This document shows, one piece after another, positions 27,813 through 37,700 of a stretch of 64,000 bases of DNA. The notes beneath the pieces are model-generated. The model made no database searches. It saw only the letters and a program-made list of their open reading frames with translations, and was not told where the DNA came from. The position numbers and the translations under genes are program-made. Where the stretch lies: assembly GCA_032250835.1 (NCBI GenBank), contig JAVVEA010000016.1:1-64000 (forward strand), written 5' to 3'. Every line of letters begins with the position of its first letter. Position 1 is the first letter of the stretch. This DNA comes from a bacterium (GTDB lineage: Bacteria; SAR324; XYD2-FULL-50-16).

Positions 27813-30800
27813 CGTTGCTCCTCAATCACAATAGACAAATCAGTCACTTCGTAAATTCTCAAGCCTTCTTTATAAAGCGAGGCGTCGGCGCTCAGCCGGA
27901 CCCAGCCCGATCCCCGCTCGAGGCCCTTAATATGGGCTTCCGTTTCCATCCATTCATTCTGCGGAATGATCTGTCCCCGGTATTTCCATTGGCAGTTACC
28001 CAAAGCATGGGTGAAGCGGGGGTTGATTAGATCCTGATAAAGCCCCTGTTCTAAGGCAAAGACGCGTAAGCTCTGGATGATCGCCTCGACACCCAAACTA
28101 CCGGGCATGACGGGGTCTTCAAAGAAGTGGCAGGGGAAAAACCAATCTGCGGCGTCCACTGCCTTTTTGCCGTACACATATCCCTTACCGAAGATTCCAC
28201 CCATGGGATCTAAACCGACTTGATCCAAAAAGTTCAGGTGCTTTCGGCCCAAGCGGGGGCTCCCCTGGAACAATGTCCTGTTGGTTTTCAGGTCCAAGGT
28301 GGTGGGTAGCGGACGCGAGGTTTCATGCCAAAAGGGGCGTTTCTTACCGCTGTCGAGTCCTAACTGGTTAGCCAACGCCTTCGGAGTAAAGTAGCCGAAG
28401 GTGGTTTTACCTTGGTAGAACTTATCCCCGGCCACCCAAAGCTCAAAGCGGTATTGCTGGATGATGGTGCCGCCTGAGGCGCTGGTGCTATCGAGCCAGC
28501 AACGGCAGGTCACCCGCTGCCCGGCCAAGGGCGGGTCGGCCAACATCTCGGCCTGGGCGTCTAGGTTCCTAAAGCAAAGTTGCTCCTCAGGGTAGAGCAG
28601 CGGACTGCCCATCATCGCGCCCAAAACCCCGCAGGGTTGCAGGGCAATTTCCATAATCACCGCATAGGGCGTCACGCCCCCATGGCTGTCTAAAAGAAAC
28701 CAAGCATCTGGGGCAATGTCATATTCGGTTTCTAAAAAGCTGGCCTGCTTGAAGTCGCCCCTAGTCCCTTCAAACCTAGTGGCCCGGCTGACCAACTGCA
28801 AGGCCCCGTTGGGGTTGCGTTGGCTGGGCCGGCCTTCGAAGAGGTCAAACTCGGGGCCGAAGGCCTGACTCAAGGAGCCTAAGGCAAATTCTTCGATCTG
28901 CGCGTCCGTGAGGGCCAAGTCTCGGGTCTCGGGGGCCTGCAACGCCTTGGGCGAGTCTGCTTCTTTTTCCACCAGCTCAATACCCACATCCAAGAAATCG
29001 ACAATCACCTTGCCGTCTAAGATGATGTCCACATTCGCCTTGGCGTAGGGGCGCGGGTGCAGGCCAATCTCCTTGACTTCCATGCGGTATTCCAGCAAGC
29101 CATCGCCCGGTAAAACCTGTCCCCGGCAGCGGACCTTGTTGGCCAAGTTTTTGATCGGCACAAAGCGGGCGTTTTGAGTCTGGGTCTGCATGCCGATGTA
29201 GAGCAGATAAAACTCTAATAGCTGCACACAACCTTCGGCCATCAGACTGCCGGCCAAACAAGAATCGTCTTTGAAGTGGCAGGGAAAATACCAGTGGTCG
29301 GGCTTAAAGTCCTTCTGGGCGCGCACTTCGCCTAAGCCCCAAAGCCCGCCGAAGGGGGCCACTTCGGTGATCCGGTCGAGCATCAGGAATTCTTCGGTCG
29401 AAAAACGTAGCGAGCCGTTACGCCCCTGTTGGTCAAACTGGGGCCCCAGACAGGCGGAGATTTCGCCCCGGCAGAGCCGCACCAATTCGGCGCGGCCAAA
29501 TTGCTTTTTGCCGCAGAGCATGGGCGGCTCAAAACGTTGGGGCACTACCTTGGCGCGCTCGGCCTTTTCCTTTTCGGTCAGGATCACGCCCTTGCCTTTG
29601 TCTAAGTCTTCTTGGCTGAAGAACCCGGCGCAACCGTCGGTCATGGTATGGACCAACTGGTCGCCCACAAAACAATCGTAATGGAAGAAGAACAGCAGGT
29701 TGTGGCCATGTTTGGCGAAGCTGTCGATATAAATCTCATACCGCATGGTCTGCCCTTCTCGGGGCATTTCGCCCTTAAAGGTTAAGGTGCAGTCCAACAG
29801 GCGGTAAAGGTAGGTGCCTTGGTTTTCGAAGTCCACGCCCAGATAGCTGATCAAGACCAAATCACATTGCCCGGCCTCCACGGCCACCGCCCAGGGGATT
29901 TGTCCATCTACGCAGTGCCAAGCATTGGCAGGCACGTCATATTCGGTGATCATCTTCGAGGGCTTTAGGCTGCGCTTCTCGGCGGTCATGCCTGTCACAC
30001 GGTTGACCAACAGGTAGGGCGGCAGAGGCAAGCGCACGCGGGGGCCATATTGGTCGATCACGCCATATTCAGGCCCGAAAACCGGGGCGATTTTCCCGGC
30101 CGCAAATTCCATCAGGTCCGTCTCGTCCCAGAGGATTCCCGGCTCCGACTCCTTGCGCCGCCCTGAGTCCACAAAGGCCGTGGGGTGTTGGGCCAACAGC
30201 TCGGGCAGGGTCGGGGTGCGGTATAACAGTTGTTCCTTATAGTCATCTACCGGCGCTTGCACCGGGACAGGAGCCTGGGGGTCTAGCAACTGTTGGTTTA
30301 AAACCAACTGCCCGGCATATTGCCGCAGCCCTTGTTTGCGGGCCAATAAAAAGGCCCGGTGGTTTTCGCTGATCCGCTGGCGGGTCTGGTAAAGGGCGGC
30401 CATAGCCCGACTTTGGGCCAACAGGCTTCCGGGCTCGAAGGCCGGTGGCGCGGGTTCGGCCAGAGTCAGCTCGCGCGCGCTAACCGCCGGGGCCGGTGGC
30501 CCTGCTGGGGCAGGCGCCAAATTTTGCGGGGCGGGCTCGGGAATATCAGGGAAAATATGTTGCGACGGGCTGGGCCCACGGCCCAACAGTTTGCGGCCTT
30601 CAGTCAGAATATGTTCTTCAATAGAAGCGCTGCCCTGATCGATCAGCTGGGGCATCTTTCCTTTGCCCAAGGGCATCTGGTTAACCGGCGGAGCAAAGAG
30701 ACTCCAATCGACCAGAACGCCCTGGACGGTCAGTTTAGCTAAGGCCCTAAGCAAGGCCTGATCCCCCTCCATGCCTTTCTGGTCCAAGCCCAGGGCGAGG

Positions 30801-33800
30801 TGGGCTTGGCTGCCTAAAATCTCGTCGATCCACTTAGAACAGCTCTGGCGGGGCCCTAATTCCACAAAGAGGCGGGTGCCGTCCTGGTAGGCCTTTTCGA
30901 TCAATCGGGGGAAATCTACGCTTTGGCAATAGATTCCCGCAATGTTTTCGGCCAGTTGGCGCTCGGTGGTTTCGGTGGTTTGGTAGGTTCGTGCCGTATA
31001 AAAGTCCAAGGCAGGCGAAGAGACCACCGGGCAGGTATGTAGCTCCTTTAAAGCCTTATAGTCCGCCTGGACGAAGTCCGCATGGATGGCGTCGGAGATG
31101 GGCAGTTCCCGGGCCTCAAAGCCCGTCGCCTTGAGCATCTTCAAGAGCGCGGCTCGTTCGCCCCCAACCACCGCTTCTGTGGGGCTGTTTTGGATCATCA
31201 AATACACCCGATCACGTTGGGCCACCGCGGCTTCTAGCGCGGCACGCGGGGCGCGGACCGCCAGGGTAATCCAATCTACTTTTTGGCCTTTCTTCAGTTT
31301 CCAAGCCTTGCGGACCGTCTCCATGGGACCGGCCAAGTGGGTTTGGAAAACCGGTTTTTTGTGTAAATATTCACTTAAGGAGTCGGTGTTTTCCCAAAGG
31401 CCCAGCGCAAAGGCCATGGTCACTTCCCCCATGCTATAGCCCAGCGCGGCGTCGGGCTCGACCCCTAAAAAGCGGCGCAAAACCTGGGTCTGCAACATGC
31501 TGGCGTTGATACCCGTCTCAAACATAGCAATGGCGTCACGCACCAATTCTATTTGCAGTTCCTTTTCGGCGTTCGCGTCCAGTGGTTCCAAACGCCGGGG
31601 GAAAATCTGCTGGTCCCGGAAGAGGCTGGCCGGGTCTTTTGCATAGCCTTGCGGTAGGTCATGCAGCTCCGGGAAGAAGCGCATCAGCCCCGCACCCATC
31701 CCCAGATAGCTGTTAAATCCGCCGGGATAGACAAAGGCCAACTTGCCCTGGGCGGTTAAGTCTTGGGCCGAAAAAGTCGAACCTGCCGGGGAATGCCAGT
31801 CTTGGCCCTTTGGGGCCGCCTGGGCGATGCCTTCTAAAGCGGCTTTACGTTCAGCCACTAATTCCCCCGGGCTGGCGGCCAACAACACCAAGCGGAACTT
31901 ACCTTGGTCTTTGGCTTGCGTACTGCCCCAGCTTTCGGCCAGAAACTGATCCTCAGCCAGTTCCCCGGCCTCTAGCTGATCCAACAGAGCCTTTAGGCTC
32001 TTTGCGGTGAACTTAAAGGCACGCAAACCATGGGTCCAGCGTTCCATAGGACGCCCCAACGCGGGGGTTTCGGACTCACCCAAGAGGATGTGGTAGTCCT
32101 CACCGCTGAGGGCCAAGTGGTTGACTGCCGCCAATCTCCGCTGCCCAAAGGAAAGCCAAGGGCGAGAGCTTTGGGGCACGTACAGGGGGCTTTGGAGCCC
32201 TAGCTCTGCTTTGGGCCCCTTCCAGTCGGCGGTGCCGGGGATGTATTTGAGCTTAAGCGCCAAAGCGGTCTTGATCAGCGCGGCGACCCCCAAACTAGCT
32301 TCAAGCCGCCCGAATACCGAACTAACCGAACCCAGCGCCGCTACTTGGTCTTTCAGCTCCCGAGCCAGGCCCTTGGCTTCGATCTGCGCCAACTTCTGTT
32401 CGGCCAGCGCGCTTACCTCTAAGTAACCCGGCTTGCCCAGGTCTTTGTAAAGGCGCTTGAGTGCGCCCGAACGGGTCTTGGGCCCGAAGCGCTCGATCGC
32501 TTCGATGTGCGCATAGACCGGCAAACGGTCTTCAAGGGCCCGTTTCTTGGTGGTTAAAACCAAAGCCCCGGCCCCCTCACCGGGCTGGCTGCCCTCGTGG
32601 CCTTTGCTCCAGTAGTGACCGGCGGCTCCTTGCACCAAGGTGGGGTTTTCTTTTAGCTGCAACAGGCATTCTTCGGGCGCGCCCAAAAGGTCTACGCCGC
32701 CCAAAACCACCGCCTCGGCCTGCCCCGAAGCCAACAGCAATTGGGCCAATTCTAGCGCCTTGTATCCTGTAGAATCTTCTGAAGAAACCGAAAAGGCAGG
32801 GCCCGTAAAGTCCCACTGGGAAGCGACCCGGCAGGCCATAATATTGCCGATGAAGCTGGTGAATTGGTTAAAACCCACCGGGTTGTGCAGGGCGTCTTTG
32901 GTCACCTCTTTGAGCTGCGCTCGTTCGGCGTCGCTCAAGGCCAATCCGGCCCGCTCAAAGGCCATGGGTAGTTTTAGGTCCAGTTCCACCCGGCCCCGGA
33001 AGCGGTGCAGCCCTAAATCGGTTTCCATCCCCACCAGAACAGCGACCTTGGACCCAGGCTTAAGTCCCGCATCGCGGATCGCTCGGTCGGCGACCTTGAG
33101 CATCAACAATTGTTGGCTGATCAAAGGGTCCGCCGGATTGGGCGGGATCTTATGGGTCAGGAAGTCAAAATCAAAGGGTTTGAGCCAAGCTCCCTGGGGG
33201 GGCGCTACGGCCCGCAGCCGCTCCAAGCCACTCCAGCGGGTTTTAGGCAACGGACGCGAGTCCGGTCGGGCCTCATAGAGCTTCGCCTGGAATTGATCTA
33301 ACCCTTGGGCAGAGCCAAACCAAGCCTCCATGCCCACGATCGACAGGGGTGTCTGGACTGGGCGCGGCTTGAGGGCGCGGGGCAGTTTAGTGGGCTTGGG
33401 GGCCCGCTCGAAAATAACATGGGCGTTGGTGCCGCCAAAGCCAAAGGCGTTGACCGCGCCTAGGCGTTTTTCGGGGTGCTTGGCGGGCCAGGGGCGCTCT
33501 GAGGTGACCATCTTGTCCCCGTCGATCCAGCCCTTAGCGGAACTCAGCGGGTCTTTTAGGTGGATGGTCGCGGGGATGCGGCCTTCCTTCATGGCCAAAA
33601 TCACCTTCATCATGCTGGCCATCCCGGCGGCGGTCAGCAAGTGGCCGAAGTTGGACTTTACTGAGCCAATGGGGAAATCGGCCCCGGTGGGCGCAAAGAA
33701 CTCTTCCATGCTGGTCAATTCGGTCTTGTCCCCTAAAGGTGTCCCGGTGGCGTGACACTCGACATACTCTAAGTCTTCGGGCTTTAGGTCCGAGCCTTCA

Positions 33801-34747
33801 TAGGCGCGCTCAAAACATTGCCGTTGGCCTTTGGGGTTGGGGCTTAAGATGCCCTTACCGGCTCCGTCGTTGCTTAAGCCGTAACCCACCAAGACCGCCT
33901 CAATGGTATCGCCGTCTCTTAAGGCGTCCTCATAGCGCTTGAGCAAAAACAATCCCGCTCCTTCCCCGGCCACCAAGCCCTGGCTGTTTTTATCCAGCGG
34001 CGCGGAATTGCGGCCCAAAGGATAGGCCTGGAAGGTGGAAAAGCCCATGTTCACAAAGAAGGGGTCCGCCGCCGAGACGGCCCCGGCGAGCATCATATCC
34101 GTTTTGCCGCTAGCCAGGTATTCAGCGGCCAGCGCTAAGGCATAAAGAGAGGAGGCACAAGCGGCATCTAAGGCCAAAGACACCCCACCCAAGCCCAGTG
34201 CCTCGGCGGCAACCAGCGCCGGTCGGCCTGAGATGCGCCGGTTTTCTAAAGCCGAGGGTCCGGCCGATTCGATCTTAACCGAAGGATTCTCCAATAACCG
34301 CCGCAGGCCCCGTTCCTGGGCCTGATGGTACAGGGGGATGACTAGGCGGTTGCTGCTTTTGGTGGGGAAAGACAAATTGCCTAAAATCAAGCCGCAGCGC
34401 TCTAAAGCTTCGGGCTTATCCCAATACCCCGCCTTGGTCAGGGCTTCTCGGCCCACCCAGGTGGGCCATTGGCAAACCTCGTCGAGGGATTCTAAGCGTT
34501 TGGGGTGGACCCGATACCCTTGGGCGTCAAAGTGGAAGTCGTCGATGAAGCCGCCGCGTAGGTTATAATACTTGTCCGGCTGGCCCTTGGAATCCGCCAA
34601 AAAGGCACTAGGGTCCAGGCCGATCTCGCGCAGCCCGGCGTCACGGGTCAAGTCGCGGCCCGCAAAGAGGTTGTCTAAAAACTCTTCGGGGTTTTTCGCC
34701 CCCGGAAACAGACAAGCCAGGGAGATGACGGCGATACGTTGGAACAT
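27809..34747 (-). CDS. pfaBC: PUFA synthase fused PfaB/C subunit (KS-CLF-AT-FabA-like DH domains)
   Basis: KS: DAACASS, ECHATGT, SNFGH. Second KS lacks the Cys (CLF). AT: GYSMG. FabA-type DH motifs: WYFPCHFKDD and WFFPCHFFEDPVMPG. Confidence 0.92.
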   Translation of the reverse strand: MFQRIAVISLACLFPGAKNPEEFLDNLFAGRDLTRDAGLREIGLDPSAFLADSKGQPDKYYNLRGGFIDDFHFDAQGYRVHPKRLESLDEVCQWPTWVGREALTKAGYWDKPEALERCGLILGNLSFPTKSSNRLVIPLYHQAQERGLRRLLENPSVKIESAGPSALENRRISGRPALVAAEALGLGGVSLALDAACASSLYALALAAEYLASGKTDMMLAGAVSAADPFFVNMGFSTFQAYPLGRNSAPLDKNSQGLVAGEGAGLFLLKRYEDALRDGDTIEAVLVGYGLSNDGAGKGILSPNPKGQRQCFERAYEGSDLKPEDLEYVECHATGTPLGDKTELTSMEEFFAPTGADFPIGSVKSNFGHLLTAAGMASMMKVILAMKEGRIPATIHLKDPLSSAKGWIDGDKMVTSERPWPAKHPEKRLGAVNAFGFGGTNAHVIFERAPKPTKLPRALKPRPVQTPLSIVGMEAWFGSAQGLDQFQAKLYEARPDSRPLPKTRWSGLERLRAVAPPQGAWLKPFDFDFLTHKIPPNPADPLISQQLLMLKVADRAIRDAGLKPGSKVAVLVGMETDLGLHRFRGRVELDLKLPMAFERAGLALSDAERAQLKEVTKDALHNPVGFNQFTSFIGNIMACRVASQWDFTGPAFSVSSEDSTGYKALELAQLLLASGQAEAVVLGGVDLLGAPEECLLQLKENPTLVQGAAGHYWSKGHEGSQPGEGAGALVLTTKKRALEDRLPVYAHIEAIERFGPKTRSGALKRLYKDLGKPGYLEVSALAEQKLAQIEAKGLARELKDQVAALGSVSSVFGRLEASLGVAALIKTALALKLKYIPGTADWKGPKAELGLQSPLYVPQSSRPWLSFGQRRLAAVNHLALSGEDYHILLGESETPALGRPMERWTHGLRAFKFTAKSLKALLDQLEAGELAEDQFLAESWGSTQAKDQGKFRLVLLAASPGELVAERKAALEGIAQAAPKGQDWHSPAGSTFSAQDLTAQGKLAFVYPGGFNSYLGMGAGLMRFFPELHDLPQGYAKDPASLFRDQQIFPRRLEPLDANAEKELQIELVRDAIAMFETGINASMLQTQVLRRFLGVEPDAALGYSMGEVTMAFALGLWENTDSLSEYLHKKPVFQTHLAGPMETVRKAWKLKKGQKVDWITLAVRAPRAALEAAVAQRDRVYLMIQNSPTEAVVGGERAALLKMLKATGFEARELPISDAIHADFVQADYKALKELHTCPVVSSPALDFYTARTYQTTETTERQLAENIAGIYCQSVDFPRLIEKAYQDGTRLFVELGPRQSCSKWIDEILGSQAHLALGLDQKGMEGDQALLRALAKLTVQGVLVDWSLFAPPVNQMPLGKGKMPQLIDQGSASIEEHILTEGRKLLGRGPSPSQHIFPDIPEPAPQNLAPAPAGPPAPAVSARELTLAEPAPPAFEPGSLLAQSRAMAALYQTRQRISENHRAFLLARKQGLRQYAGQLVLNQQLLDPQAPVPVQAPVDDYKEQLLYRTPTLPELLAQHPTAFVDSGRRKESEPGILWDETDLMEFAAGKIAPVFGPEYGVIDQYGPRVRLPLPPYLLVNRVTGMTAEKRSLKPSKMITEYDVPANAWHCVDGQIPWAVAVEAGQCDLVLISYLGVDFENQGTYLYRLLDCTLTFKGEMPREGQTMRYEIYIDSFAKHGHNLLFFFHYDCFVGDQLVHTMTDGCAGFFSQEDLDKGKGVILTEKEKAERAKVVPQRFEPPMLCGKKQFGRAELVRLCRGEISACLGPQFDQQGRNGSLRFSTEEFLMLDRITEVAPFGGLWGLGEVRAQKDFKPDHWYFPCHFKDDSCLAGSLMAEGCVQLLEFYLLYIGMQTQTQNARFVPIKNLANKVRCRGQVLPGDGLLEYRMEVKEIGLHPRPYAKANVDIILDGKVIVDFLDVGIELVEKEADSPKALQAPETRDLALTDAQIEEFALGSLSQAFGPEFDLFEGRPSQRNPNGALQLVSRATRFEGTRGDFKQASFLETEYDIAPDAWFLLDSHGGVTPYAVIMEIALQPCGVLGAMMGSPLLYPEEQLCFRNLDAQAEMLADPPLAGQRVTCRCWLDSTSASGGTIIQQYRFELWVAGDKFYQGKTTFGYFTPKALANQLGLDSGKKRPFWHETSRPLPTTLDLKTNRTLFQGSPRLGRKHLNFLDQVGLDPMGGIFGKGYVYGKKAVDAADWFFPCHFFEDPVMPGSLGVEAIIQSLRVFALEQGLYQDLINPRFTHALGNCQWKYRGQIIPQNEWMETEAHIKGLERGSGWVRLSADASLYKEGLRIYEVTDLSIVIEEQR

Positions 34748-34750
34748 GGG

Positions 34751-37700
34751 CTAAAACTTCTCGTTGAGGTTTTCGCTGATCGTCACTTCGGCACCGATCA
34801 TCTCACTAAATACATTTCCTTGCCCGTCCACCAAACTGACATCGGCCTTGAGCCGGCCGGGGTCGGCTTCGCGCACTTTCAGCAACAGATAAAAGGGCTG
34901 ATCCATCGGGGCCGGGGCAAAGGGGTGGAAGGCGTCGATACTCAAGGGCAGACTGGCGTTGCCGGTCAGGAATCGAGCCTGGACCAAAAGGGCCTGAAGG
35001 GCTTGGTCGTCGGCCAGGGGGTTGAGCATGACCGGCGCAAAGGGGCCTAAACCGCTTAAGGGTTTGAGCCCGCAGCGCAACGAAAGCTTGCGGTCCTCTT
35101 GGTGGATCACCTCCAAAATCCCTTGGAAGGCCGGGCCGTGGAACAGGGTTTTGTCTTGATAGAGCTTGCTGGCATCGGCCCCAGGCTTTGGGGCGAAGTC
35201 GCGGCGGGCCTTGGGCGGAGGGCCCATGGCCAAGTTAATGCGGGCCGAGTAGTGGATCATCGGCAATTTCTTGCCCGGACTGGTCAGCTTAGCTTCCAGC
35301 CAAATCCCCTGCTCGCCTTTTTCGCCTTCTTTTAAATCCAAGGTAAAGCGGGTCTTTTGGTCTAAGACCACCCCCTTGAGCACCTTGACCGACACCACCG
35401 CCGCCACATGGTAGCCCGGATAGAGCTTAGCGGCCCCTTCGGCCATCCAGGCCAGCGCAAAGACCATGGGCAACACGGGCTTGCCGCCGATGCTGTGGTC
35501 TTTAAAGCCCTTGAGCGCCTTGGGGTCCACATCCCGTTCGATCTGGTAAGACTCCAAAGGGCCCGAAGGGGGCAGCGGCGTGACCATGCCGCTCCCGATC
35601 ACCAACTGATTGGGTCCCCTTTTGGCCGACATTTCGTCCACCAAAGCGGCGGTCCCGGCAGCGGCGGGGATCACCTCAACGCCGCGCGACTCAAAAAGCC
35701 GCTGGAGCTGTGGAGTAACCATCCCCCCTTCCCAGGGGCCCCAATTAAAAGAAACCACCTTGGCTTTGGGATAGCGCTTAACAAAGAGTTGGGCCGCTTT
35801 GTTGAGCACCTCATTAGCCAGGGCATAGTCCGACTGGCCTAGATTGCCATAAAAACCTGCTGAAGAGCTGAACAGGGTCAGGTACTTTAGCTCTTTGGGG
35901 TCCAGCGCATCGAGCAAGGCCTTCAGCCCGCCGACCTTGGTGCCCACCACTTTCTCATAATCCCCGAAGCTCTTCTTCTCGATCAATTTATCGGCCAAGA
36001 CGCCCGCCCCATGGATCAAGCCGGTCACTGGCCCCAGGTCGGTGGCTTTAAGGGCTTGCTGGATGGCCTTTGGGTCCGTCACGTCAGCGGCCAAATAGGC
36101 GGCCCGGCCCCCGGCGGCTTCAATGGCGGCTAAGGTCTGGTGGATTTCACGTAGGCCTAAGACCTGATTGATCATGGACTGGACCTTGACCGGCGTAGGC
36201 TTTTCGCCTTGGGCTTGCAGGGCCTTGATGGCCGCCGCTTTGAGGTGGGGTTCATCGGTTTGGCCTAGTGCCCAAGCCGGTTCATCCCCTAAGGGACTAC
36301 GGCCCAGCAAAATAAATCCGGCCTGACTGGCTTGGGCCAGCGCCACCACGGACTTAGCGGTCACCCCTTTGGCACCGCCACTGACCAAAAAGACTTCTTT
36401 ACTAGAAATCGGGGCCAGTTCGGCATTAAAGGCTTCCTTACGGGCGACCAACGTCCAACGCCCCTTTTGGGTCCAGCCGGTCTCGCCTAAAAGCAAGTCA
36501 CTATCGGCCCACTCACTTAAAATCGGCCCCACGGGGTCCAACCCCGGTTCTAGGTCCACCATGCGGCAGAAGACCTGGGGCCATTCGACCTTTAAGGTCT
36601 TGACCAAGCCGCTCAAGCCACCGCCGTAGGCCCCAAACTGACTTTTCGCCGCCCAGCCCAACTGACCGTCTAACTGGGTGGCCACCATAAAGCAGCTACG
36701 GCCTTGGTTGAAGCCTTGGCTTAAGTCTTCCTTAAGCGCTTTAGCTAAAAAGAAAACCGACTGGACCAACGCCGCCTCGGCGTCACTAAACCAATCTTTG
36801 CCGTCAAAATGGGGGTGTAAATAAAGGAACCCACCGATCGGCGCGGTCTGGCGGGCCTCGGCTAGTGCCGCCGCCAGCGAAGCATCATCCAGTTGGGCCA
36901 GCTGGGGACCCTTCAGCCCGGCGGCTGTCTTTTGGCCGGGCAGGGTGAGGAAAAGCACCTGGGCCCAACCTGCGGCCTTCAGGGCTTTCGTCAATTTGGC
37001 GGCTTGGGCCGGGTCCCCGGCGAGCAGAATTTGACAGCCTTCAGGCGGATGTACCAACAACCGGTCGGGTTGGGCTAAGGCTTGCAAGGACACGGGCAAA
37101 CGTCCGGCCCTTGGGCCTTGGGCCCTTTCCAGGGCCCCCGGGGTAGCCGCTAGCTCAGGGCTTTTTTTTTTGACCGCTTCGGCGATCTCGCCTAGCGTGC
37201 GCAAACTACTCAAAGCCTCGGGGTTCAACTCACCCAGGCTGGGCAGTTTTTCCTGTAAGGCATAGAGGATTTCTACCCGCTTGATGCTGTCGATCCCTAG
37301 GTCCGACTCTAGGTCCATGGCCAAGTCCAACATTTCGGCCTGATAGCCGGTTTTCTCGGCCACCACCGCCAACAGGGCGGCTTCGGCCTCTGGACCGGGG
37401 CCGCTCGCTGCCACAGCGGCGGCCGGGGCCGGGGCTGCGGCTTGGCTGCCGCCCAATTGCTCGGCAATCTGGCCCAAGGTGCGCAGGCTGCTTAAGGCAT
37501 CGGGATTGACCTCGCCCAAGGCCGGAAGTTTTTCTTGCAGCGCGTAGAGGATTTCGACCCGCTTGATGCTGTCGATACCCAGGTCCGACTCTAGGTCCAT
37601 ACCCAGATCCAACATTTCGGCCTGATAGCCGGTCTTCTCGGCGACCACCGCCATCAACGCACCCACTACGTCCATCCCGCCTGTGGGGGCAGGAGCAGCG

